Assembly: GCA_964451325.1 (NCBI GenBank)
Contig: CAYVHO010000009.1
Location: 28,876 to 92,875, forward strand
Direction: 5' to 3'
From: an uncultured Nitrospira sp.
GTDB lineage: Bacteria > Nitrospirota > Nitrospiria > SBBL01 > JAADHI01
DNA length: 64,000 bases
Shown: piece after piece, positions 31,895 to 39,971 of the stretch
How the letters are laid out: each line of letters begins with the position of its first letter
How positions within the stretch are numbered: position 1 is the stretch's first letter
Notes under the pieces: model-generated
The model's database searches: none
What the model saw: only the letters and a program-made list of their open reading frames with translations
Told to the model about the DNA's origin: nothing
Program-made: the position numbers and the translations under genes

Positions 31895-32224
31895 ATGGCT
31901 AGTGCAGTAAATATCACGACACAAAGTTGGGATGAGGAAGTTCTTAAGTCTGATCTTCCCGTTATGGTTGATTTTTGGGCGGCATGGTGTGGGCCCTGCA
32001 AAATGATTGCCCCCACGATTGAAGAGCTTGCGGGTGAATATGACGGAAAGCTCAAGGTCTGTAAAATCAATACCGACGAAAATCCAGAAATCTCAAGCCA
32101 AAATCAAATTATGGGCATCCCCTCTCTTCTCTTTTTTAAGGGCGGAAAGCTGGTTGATAAAATTGTAGGTGCAGCCTCTAAAAAACAATTTAAAGAAAAA
32201 ATAAACGCCATCATCTCAAAATAA
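31895..32224 (+). CDS. trxA: Thioredoxin
   Basis: VDFWAAWCGPCK, GIP; AAGGAG RBS. Confidence 0.96.
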   Translation: MASAVNITTQSWDEEVLKSDLPVMVDFWAAWCGPCKMIAPTIEELAGEYDGKLKVCKINTDENPEISSQNQIMGIPSLLFFKGGKLVDKIVGAASKKQFKEKINAIISK

Positions 32225-32421
32225 GAACGCTTTATCTGGCAGATCTGATCTCATTTTAAGCAAGATCATTCGCTTAAAAAATCTTTAAGGTGATATCAAT
32301 GCACCACTTCGGGATTGACGCTCATGGCGTCCATAAATGTTTCCCAAAGACTTGTAAGCTGAATTGCGCCATGCCGTCTATAACATCCCTCCACTGTACA
32401 ACCCGAGTCCTCTGACGCCTC

Positions 32422-34071
32422 ATGTTGAGAGAGCTTCACATCAAGAACTACGCCATTATTGATGAGATCTCTCTGAGTTTGAACGAAGGGTTTAACGTCA
32501 TCACCGGAGAAACGGGCGCAGGAAAGTCCATACTCCTGGGGGCACTTTCTCTTATTTTAGGGGAGCGTTCTTCGCTTGAGGGTATTAGAAAAGGCTCAAA
32601 CCAGGCCTTAATTGAAGCATCTTTTGATCCCATTTCGTCCGAAAATTTTTCCGAAACAGGCTTAGATGCGGATTTGCTTGAAGAAGACGTCTTTATCCTT
32701 AGGCGAGTTCTCAGTAAAACAGGGAAAAGTCGTGCTTATGTCAATGGCAGTATGACAACACTGGCACAGATGAAAGCTTTAGGGCAAGGGCTCGTTGAGG
32801 TGCACGGACAACAGGGTCAGCATCGTCTGGGCGATCTCAATTGGCAGCGCACGCTCGTGGACGGTTTTGCGCGTTTGCAAAATCAGGTTCAGGAATACGA
32901 AGGCTGCTACCATCTTTGGCGCACCCTTAAAGGCGAATGTGAACAACTCAAAGAACAGATCGCCACATCAAAAATACAGTCTGAAAATCTCAAATTCCAG
33001 CACTCCGAACTGAGTGATGCAGCGCTCAGTATTGATGAAGAAAGTGATTTACTCCGGGAAGAGCGCATGCTGAAGCACTGGGAAAACATTCAGTCTATCG
33101 TGCACAGCCTTTATGGACAATTGTCTGATGAGGGTGGTTTTTTGTCTCAGTTGGATAAAGCGAGTGCTGCACTTTCCACCCTTAATGTCATTACGGAAGA
33201 TGCAGCCTCTGAATTGGGTCTACTCGAGCAGTCTCGTATTCAACTCAAAGAACTTTCAACCCTACTGCGTGCACGACAAGAGCAGGAAGCTGGGCAACCT
33301 GGGCGATTAGAAGCCCTTGCTTCTCGTCTTTTTTTGATTCAAACACTGACACGAAAATATCAGCGCTCTGTGCCCGAATTGCTCGATTTTCAGAAAGATT
33401 TAGAAAAAAGTCTTTCTGGCGATTCTGAAGATACACTGAGGCTTGCAGAACTCAGCCTGGAATTGAAAAAAATGGAAACAAGGCTGCGTGCTCAAGCAGA
33501 AACCCTGAGCAAGGCTCGCGGTGCATCTTGCAGCGCATTACAAACACGTGTAAAAACAGAACTTGCACGTCTCGGCATGGAAAAAACCCTTCTTGAAGTC
33601 GCCTTACATCGGACGGATCTGCGGTCTTCCGGCATCGACCAAGTCGAGTTTTTGATTGCATTGCCAGGGGAAATTCTGAGTGGCCTGGGTAAAATTGCCT
33701 CTGGCGGAGAGCTTTCACGTATCATGCTGGCCTTGAAAGTCGTACTGGCCGAAGTCGATCCTGTACCAACCTTTCTTTTTGATGAAGTGGATGCGGGTGT
33801 GGGTGGCGGCATCGCTGAGCGTGTGGGCCGTCGTCTTCTGGACTTGTCGGCAGGACACCAAGTGCTTTGCATTACCCATTTACCGCAAATCGCCGCGCTC
33901 GCGGATCATCATTATTTTGTCGAAAAGAAGGTTTTGGGCGATCGTATTGTGACCTCGATTCGCACCCTTTCTAAAAAAGAGCGCGTCGAGGAATTGGCAC
34001 GAATGTTAGGTGGACTTCAGATTACAGCCTTGACCCGTCGTCACGCCGAAGAGATGATCAGCGCCCGCTAA
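32422..34071 (+). CDS. recN: DNA repair protein RecN
   Basis: TGETGAGKS, HGQ, IASGGELSRIMLA, FDEVDAG, CITHLPQIA, ELARMLGG. Confidence 0.96.
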   Translation: MLRELHIKNYAIIDEISLSLNEGFNVITGETGAGKSILLGALSLILGERSSLEGIRKGSNQALIEASFDPISSENFSETGLDADLLEEDVFILRRVLSKTGKSRAYVNGSMTTLAQMKALGQGLVEVHGQQGQHRLGDLNWQRTLVDGFARLQNQVQEYEGCYHLWRTLKGECEQLKEQIATSKIQSENLKFQHSELSDAALSIDEESDLLREERMLKHWENIQSIVHSLYGQLSDEGGFLSQLDKASAALSTLNVITEDAASELGLLEQSRIQLKELSTLLRARQEQEAGQPGRLEALASRLFLIQTLTRKYQRSVPELLDFQKDLEKSLSGDSEDTLRLAELSLELKKMETRLRAQAETLSKARGASCSALQTRVKTELARLGMEKTLLEVALHRTDLRSSGIDQVEFLIALPGEILSGLGKIASGGELSRIMLALKVVLAEVDPVPTFLFDEVDAGVGGGIAERVGRRLLDLSAGHQVLCITHLPQIAALADHHYFVEKKVLGDRIVTSIRTLSKKERVEELARMLGGLQITALTRRHAEEMISAR

Positions 34072-34112
34072 GGCACCTACCCCTGACTCAAAACCGATAG
34101 AAGGAAAACCCT

Positions 34113-35075
34113 GTGGACAAACCCATCGTTTTTACAACACGTTTATTGCCGGAAGCGGTGATGGCAAAACTCCAAGCTGTTTTTGATCTGCGTTTTGATG
34201 TAAAGGATCGTCCCTTAAATAAGGCTCAAATGATTAGAGGTGCAAGAACAGCCGAGGGTCTCATCACGATGTTAAGTGACGTTGTTGATGATGAAGTCTT
34301 CAAGGCCGCCCCGACACTAAAAATCGTTTCAAACTATGCGGTGGGTTATAACAACATAGACCTTGAGGCCACAAAAAAATACGGGATCTCCGTAAGCAAT
34401 ACACCCGGTGTTTTGACGGAAACGACGGCTGATCTTAGCTTTGCACTCCTAATGTCGCTTGCGCGACGGATTCCTGAAGCAAATCACTGGGTCAAGTCCG
34501 GGCAATGGTCGGGCTGGGCACCGACGGAGTTGATGGGCTCGGACATTTATGCACAGCACCTCGGACTCATCGGCATGGGACGTATCGCTCAAGCCGTCGC
34601 ACGCCGTGCCTCAGGTTTTGGTATGCGCATCTCATATTTTAGTCGCCGCCAGGTTTCAGCTCAGCTCGAAGCCGATCTGGGTCTAACTTATCTTCCGCTT
34701 TCACAAGTACTCGAACAATCCGACTATGTTTCGCTGCATGTTCCTTTAAACAAAGACACACATCATTTAATCGACAGAAAAACCCTGTCCTTGATGAAAA
34801 ATACGGCCTTTCTGCTTAACACCGCGCGTGGCGCGGTTGTGGATGAAATGGCACTTTGTGAGGCGCTTGAATCCGGACAAATCGCGGGTGCGGGCCTGGA
34901 TGTTTTTGAGGCGGAACCTGTGGTTTCAGCGGCTTTGCTCCGCCTAAATAATGTTGTCACATTGCCACACATCGGTTCGGCATCTTTGCGGACACGTGAA
35001 AAGATGGGTTTTATGGTACTTGAAAACCTTAAGTGCGCGATTTCAGGGCGAAAAATACCAAACATGGTAAACTGA
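34113..35075 (+). CDS. D-2-hydroxyacid dehydrogenase (glyoxylate reductase / D-glycerate dehydrogenase)
   Basis: AVGYNNID, NTPGVLTETTAD, GMGRI, NTARG, LDVFE.EP, PHIGSA. Confidence 0.9.
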   Translation: MDKPIVFTTRLLPEAVMAKLQAVFDLRFDVKDRPLNKAQMIRGARTAEGLITMLSDVVDDEVFKAAPTLKIVSNYAVGYNNIDLEATKKYGISVSNTPGVLTETTADLSFALLMSLARRIPEANHWVKSGQWSGWAPTELMGSDIYAQHLGLIGMGRIAQAVARRASGFGMRISYFSRRQVSAQLEADLGLTYLPLSQVLEQSDYVSLHVPLNKDTHHLIDRKTLSLMKNTAFLLNTARGAVVDEMALCEALESGQIAGAGLDVFEAEPVVSAALLRLNNVVTLPHIGSASLRTREKMGFMVLENLKCAISGRKIPNMVN

Positions 35076-35112
35076 TAGGCAACTTTATTGTTTTTTTTTA
35101 AGAGGCATCCTT

Positions 35113-35574
35113 GTGTCCAGGTTCAAGCGCACGGTTTTTACTCTCCTGCTTTCCTCTTTTCTTTTTCCAGCACAGATTCAGGCGATCAAACCACGGCCCC
35201 CGGTTCAGCTCATGTTTCAGGACGCTCTACTCTCTGAAACAGAAATGGAAATCACCCTGACCGCCCGTTCTAATATTAAAACGGCTTCGCTTGTACTGAC
35301 CCTTGTGCTGCCCTCTGATTTGTCCTTGATTGAAGGTGAACTTGAGTGGGAGGGGCCTCTGTCTTCGGGAGCGGAGCAAGTCATTCGTGTGATTATTTTG
35401 AAACCTGAGCGCGCTTCAATCATTGAGGGGAAGGCGGTGATTCGGCTTTCGAATAATGCTATTTTTGAGCAACAAAGTCGGCTGATCCTGAAGGAGTCGC
35501 AGGGAAAATCCTCGCAACCAAGACCCCCGATGAAACAAAAAGGAAACCATGGCTCCATTCTTGAGTTTCGTTAA
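35113..35574 (+). CDS. Secreted hypothetical beta-sandwich protein
   Basis: Signal peptide (AQIQA), beta-rich with LP..L.L..G...W.G; overlaps the next gene by 26 bp. Confidence 0.65.
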   Translation: MSRFKRTVFTLLLSSFLFPAQIQAIKPRPPVQLMFQDALLSETEMEITLTARSNIKTASLVLTLVLPSDLSLIEGELEWEGPLSSGAEQVIRVIILKPERASIIEGKAVIRLSNNAIFEQQSRLILKESQGKSSQPRPPMKQKGNHGSILEFR

Positions 35575-37453
35575 AAATGCTCGACTGTTTGTCTCTCTTG
35601 TGTTCCTGGCCTTGTTTTCATGGGCCTGTAGCAGTGGTGGAAGCTCAACGACAAACACACCCAGGGGCATCAGTATTACGCCAAACCCTGCAATGTTTGT
35701 TGCGGGTGGCAGTGCTGTTCCCTTGTCGGCAACCTTAACCTTAGATACAGGTGCCGTGGATGATACGGCGGTTTTCACTTGGCAGTCGAGTGATGTAAGT
35801 ATTGTCACAGTGGATGCAAGTAGCGGTATCGCTACAGGCTTAAAAATCGGTGTGGCTACGATTACCGCGAGTTCTCATGAAATTACGGGGCGTGTTACGG
35901 TTGGGGTGGTTGGGCCCAAAAAGGGGGCAACTTCACTCACCTTATCCGGAAATGCCACTTATGAAGACAGGGTCTACGATCTCACAGGGTTTACAGGGGT
36001 CTTGGTCGAAAAACCCATTCGAAAAACGGTCCTTGAAGTGGTGGCCATTGACGGCTTTTCAGTCATTGGTACAACAGCAAGCGATGCAGCAGGCGACTAT
36101 AATATCACGGTAGACAACAGCGCTAATCAAAGTGGGGTCTACCTGCGTGTTGTGAGCCGTACAGACCTATCTCAGACTGAAAAAATTGAAGTCCGCAATA
36201 ATAGCACTGAAAGAGCCTTTCTTTCTTTTGCCTCTCCCGGCCTTGATGACAGTGTTTCTGAACCCTTTTTGGCCACACAAGACATGCTTGCACGCGCTGC
36301 AACAAGGATTGGTGGGGCTTTTAACATCATTGATGTCATGTCCGATGCCAGCATTCTTCTTCAAAGCTCAGGCCCCTGTCCTGATAATCCGACTTGTGTT
36401 CCGCCCCTGGCGACGGTTTACTGGGAGCCAAACAGTGCTGAGGGGAGTTTTTATAACCACATCACCAATACAATCTCTATTTTAGGCGGCGGAGTTTTTG
36501 GGGGAGATACCGATGAATATGATGACGTCATCATTGCACACGAATATGCACATTTTATTATCAATCAGTTTGCAAGAGATGATTCCCCTGGGGGTGACCA
36601 CAACATCTTGGATAATGGGCAGGACATTCGCCTGAGTTGGTCGGAAGGCTGGGCCACCTTTTTCCCGGCGGCCGTATTGAATTCTCCCTTGTATGTGGAT
36701 ACCAAACCAGGCGGGACACTGATTTCTTTTAATATTGAGGATTATTCCGGGCCTTCCGCGCTTGCCAGCAATGCCATTTACACCACAAACGAAATCGCTG
36801 TGGCCGGGGTTTTGTGGGATATCTTTGACGAAATCAATAACAGTGAGGGTGATCCCTTGCAGTTGAATTTTTCAACAATCTTTCAAACGCTCTTGAATTT
36901 TCCTGCTTCGCCGAGACCCACAAGTTTGGAAACTTTTTGGACGACTTTTTCAAGCGAAGCCCTGACAACAGGATCTAGCGCTGCCTTTCAATCGATATTA
37001 CAGGGCCGGAAAATTTCTTTATTTCAGGATGCAACAGAGGCCACGGAGTTGACACTTACGAGTACTGCGTCTCAATTACACACGCTTTACCAGGCAGGGG
37101 ATGATCCTGCTGGAGATGTGGATATAATCCCTTTTAATGTAACAACCGGAACAAGCTACACGGTGAGAACGTTTAATCTTAACAATGGGGCCGATACCTT
37201 TTTGAGCATACGTAATACTTCTGGAGTGATTGCGAGCAACGACAATGAAAGTGGCTTTAATCATCTCAATTGCGGGATTGTGTTTGGGGGGACGAGCAAT
37301 TGTCCTGCCAATAATGCCTTAAATCTTTCGTCTTCCGTCACTTTTACGGCCCAAGAAACCGCAACGTTTACCGCCGAAGTCAGCCATGCGCAAAATGCCC
37401 CACCTTCGGCTGCATTGCTTGGCGCATATGAGATTGATTTAGCCACCCCTTGA
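35549..37453 (+). CDS. Lipoprotein with Big_2-like Ig domain and HExxH zinc metallopeptidase domain
   Basis: Lipobox FSWA-C-SSGGS, WQSSD.SIVTVD..G..TG...G.ATITA, IIAHEYAHF followed by WSEGWA, C-terminal PPC-like ADTFL...SND segment. Confidence 0.75.
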   Translation: MAPFLSFVKNARLFVSLVFLALFSWACSSGGSSTTNTPRGISITPNPAMFVAGGSAVPLSATLTLDTGAVDDTAVFTWQSSDVSIVTVDASSGIATGLKIGVATITASSHEITGRVTVGVVGPKKGATSLTLSGNATYEDRVYDLTGFTGVLVEKPIRKTVLEVVAIDGFSVIGTTASDAAGDYNITVDNSANQSGVYLRVVSRTDLSQTEKIEVRNNSTERAFLSFASPGLDDSVSEPFLATQDMLARAATRIGGAFNIIDVMSDASILLQSSGPCPDNPTCVPPLATVYWEPNSAEGSFYNHITNTISILGGGVFGGDTDEYDDVIIAHEYAHFIINQFARDDSPGGDHNILDNGQDIRLSWSEGWATFFPAAVLNSPLYVDTKPGGTLISFNIEDYSGPSALASNAIYTTNEIAVAGVLWDIFDEINNSEGDPLQLNFSTIFQTLLNFPASPRPTSLETFWTTFSSEALTTGSSAAFQSILQGRKISLFQDATEATELTLTSTASQLHTLYQAGDDPAGDVDIIPFNVTTGTSYTVRTFNLNNGADTFLSIRNTSGVIASNDNESGFNHLNCGIVFGGTSNCPANNALNLSSSVTFTAQETATFTAEVSHAQNAPPSAALLGAYEIDLATP

Positions 37454-37480
37454 GGAGATCTTGTTTTTTTGCCCATCGCC

Positions 37481-38446
37481 ATGAAAAGTTTTAGCCTTGA
37501 TCAATCCACACATTTCATCGACGTCGTCCAGATACTCAATACGATGGGTCAGCAAAATGTGCATCAGCTGGATCGCCCCCAGAAGATCAGTAAAAACCTT
37601 CTAAAAGAATTTGAAAAACGAGAGAAAAGGGTCAAAATCATTACAGATGATGGTATGAGCTACATGACACATCTTATCAGTGTCGATTCTCGTGAACTGG
37701 TGATTCGATTGCTTGATAATTTGAAGATACGTTTTAAAAGCCATCTGCTCCTTGTTTTTCCAAGCGAGAGAAAAGACTATGTTGTTCAAGGTTTTGTCAA
37801 AAAGATTTTTTTACCGATTGTCGTGCTTTCTTATGTTGATCCAAGATACGGAAAACGATGGACACTGAACACCGAAACGCAGGTACATTTATCTCCTGTT
37901 CCCGAGCAGATTCTGACCTTATTTATGAACGAAGATCTGAGGTTGATCCGGCGTTCAGATGTGACCCGGCCTGCGGCCTCCTCTGGGGGAAATGCGGTGT
38001 CTGAAGAAAAAGAGGAAAGGACTGTTGCTTTAGCGATCGAAGACGTGCTCTGCACCGGTGTTGTCCTTGACGACACGCCCGAGGATGCTCAGAATGTCGT
38101 GGTTTACGATTATGAAGAAGCAGAGCATTTTTATTCCATTTTGGCGCAAAGTGTGATCTCAGGACGGATTCATGATATCTCCCCTTCTGGGCTTGCGATG
38201 ATTGCTAAAAAAGGAAATGGCCTGGGTCAAGTCGGCGCCTTGGTTTCTCTTGAATTCCACGATTTATTGTTTAAGGATGAGAAGTCTGAAATCGATGTTT
38301 TTAAATTGCGTCTCTTTGGAATCGTCCGATATCAGCGACCTTTTAATGAGGAAGACGAGCAGATCTTTGGTATTAAATTTGTAAAAACGATTTATGATAC
38401 ACGTTTTTTAAATTTTCTTGAAAAAACAGCAAACGCACCCAGTTAA
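37481..38446 (+). CDS. PilZ-like domain protein
   Basis: RYGKR (RxxxR), DISPSGL (DxSxxG), FGIKF; long acidic insertion between the two motifs. Confidence 0.6.
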   Translation: MKSFSLDQSTHFIDVVQILNTMGQQNVHQLDRPQKISKNLLKEFEKREKRVKIITDDGMSYMTHLISVDSRELVIRLLDNLKIRFKSHLLLVFPSERKDYVVQGFVKKIFLPIVVLSYVDPRYGKRWTLNTETQVHLSPVPEQILTLFMNEDLRLIRRSDVTRPAASSGGNAVSEEKEERTVALAIEDVLCTGVVLDDTPEDAQNVVVYDYEEAEHFYSILAQSVISGRIHDISPSGLAMIAKKGNGLGQVGALVSLEFHDLLFKDEKSEIDVFKLRLFGIVRYQRPFNEEDEQIFGIKFVKTIYDTRFLNFLEKTANAPS

Positions 38447-38531
38447 AGGAAGCTCGGAAGTAAAGGACGGTTCCACACGATTTTTGCTTTGAATCCCCCT
38501 CAAGTTGTTTGCACAAGTTTCAGATTTGGCC

Positions 38532-39215
38532 TTATATTGCGAGCGGTTCTTCCAGTTTCCCGACGATGCCCGTACGCGTATGTACATTGACTTTTTTCAT
38601 AATGCGTTTGACATGGTCTTTTACCGTGTAAACACCAATATTCAGTACCCCGGCAATCTCTTTATTGGTAAACCCTTTTTTCACATAATGCACTACACTT
38701 TCTTCCCTGGGTGTGAACTTAAGGAGGGACTGATTCACTGCCGTGCTGCGAATTTCCCCTTGGAGTGGCTCAATAAAAATCATTACGAAGTCCGCTGTTC
38801 CGGCAGTGCCTTTGAGGCGCTGAGCTAGAAGTGAAACGGCTTGCCCTCTAAAAGAAAAAAAAGCCTTGGCCCCCTCCTGAGCTGGGTTAAAGTCAGCCCT
38901 TTTCATTTGAGAAAATACGGTGACCTGTAAGTCATTTAGTATTTGTGTGAGTTGAAATTGGGCCTCGTGCTCTTCGGCGGTTTTCCCCTCATTTTCAAGC
39001 AGCCTCAAGATAGACGCCTCCCCATGACTTACAAATAAAATATGTCCATGCTGGTCAATAAGAACAACATCCAGCGTGCTTCGTTTTTTTACACATTCAA
39101 GATATCCATCGTATGGAATTTGTGAGGTAATCATATTGTGATCTGGATAATAATCTTCTCTTTTTCTGGGAAACGATCGCGCTTCAATTTTTTCTAGGAT
39201 AGCCGATTGCATCAT
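38532..39215 (-). CDS. LuxR-family HTH transcriptional regulator with PAS-like N-terminus
   Basis: FTPREESV...V.KG.TNKEIA..LNI...TVK.HVKRIM.K; upstream VVLIDQHGHILFVS; no REC domain. Confidence 0.85.
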   Translation of the reverse strand: MMQSAILEKIEARSFPRKREDYYPDHNMITSQIPYDGYLECVKKRSTLDVVLIDQHGHILFVSHGEASILRLLENEGKTAEEHEAQFQLTQILNDLQVTVFSQMKRADFNPAQEGAKAFFSFRGQAVSLLAQRLKGTAGTADFVMIFIEPLQGEIRSTAVNQSLLKFTPREESVVHYVKKGFTNKEIAGVLNIGVYTVKDHVKRIMKKVNVHTRTGIVGKLEEPLAI

Positions 39216-39240
39216 TTTACTCCTGGGGCTTGATGTCTTT

Positions 39241-39708
39241 TTAGTGTTTGGTCTGATAGAGAGTGCAGTTGTGTTTTAGCGTTCCAAATGCTTCCTTCAT
39301 GAGGTTAAATTCTTTTGTGAGGCCTTCTCTTTGTTCTATCTTTGTTTGGTCAAGAATTTCATCAATAAGTTTTAATAAACCCCGTATCCATGTCGGATTC
39401 AGCTGGAGGTTGAATGAAAGCATGTCCAGCTCTCGACGCATTTCTTCCAAGCGTGGGCTAGCATCTTTTTTTGAAAGTTCGATGTGTTTTAGGCGTTTGT
39501 AGAGGTGGCGGCGATATAATTTTGGGCAGCTTTGCCATGTTTCAATTTTTTGAAGAAGCTCTTGTTTATGTTCCTGTAAAGCTCTGAGCAAATCAGAGTC
39601 TGATTCGGATCCCGAATGCTGTCGGGTGCTGTTTTTTTCAACTAACTTTGACAGATTATCGAAATTATATTCAATTCCATTTTTAAAGCGAACGTCACTA
39701 CTGGTCAT
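39241..39708 (-). CDS. Hypothetical alpha-helical protein
   Basis: 155-aa ORF with GGGGGAAG RBS, 25 bp upstream of the LuxR gene. Confidence 0.65.
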   Translation of the reverse strand: MTSSDVRFKNGIEYNFDNLSKLVEKNSTRQHSGSESDSDLLRALQEHKQELLQKIETWQSCPKLYRRHLYKRLKHIELSKKDASPRLEEMRRELDMLSFNLQLNPTWIRGLLKLIDEILDQTKIEQREGLTKEFNLMKEAFGTLKHNCTLYQTKH

Positions 39709-39775
39709 TCTCTTCCCCCCTCACCAGAAACTCGGTTATTTCGATTTTGTTTCGTTCTCAGAACAATCTCTGGAA

Positions 39776-39793
39776 AAGCAATTTATATGCCTA
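39776..39793 (-). promoter_or_regulatory. sigma54 (-24/-12) promoter
   Basis: Minus strand TAGGCATATAAATTGCTT = GG-N10-GC with TTGC, about 70 bp upstream of ATG 39708. Confidence 0.72.
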
Positions 39794-39817
39794 CATTTAT
39801 TGAGAATATTATTTACA

Positions 39818-39830
39818 TAAGTTGTTGAAA
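39818..39830. promoter_or_regulatory. IHF-like site
   Basis: TAAGTTGTTGAAA, one mismatch to YAANNNNTTGATW, in AT-rich DNA between the promoter and the dyads. Confidence 0.5.
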
Positions 39831-39865
39831 ATTTTGAATTTTATTTTTTAGCAGGGTCGCGAGGC

Positions 39866-39909
39866 ATTCTGATTTCTGGAAGAAATTCCGAAAATCAGAA
39901 TTTCTTCCA
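39866..39909. repeat. Overlapping inverted repeats (candidate enhancer/UAS)
   Basis: TGGAAGAAATTC-N9-GAATTTCTTCCA (perfect 12-bp arms) overlapping ATTCTGATTT-N16-AAATCAGAAT (perfect 10-bp arms). Confidence 0.75.
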
Positions 39910-39971
39910 ATCCTACTTCCTTTTATGATGAGACCTGTTATCATGCCGGGAACATTATTTTGGAATTTCTC

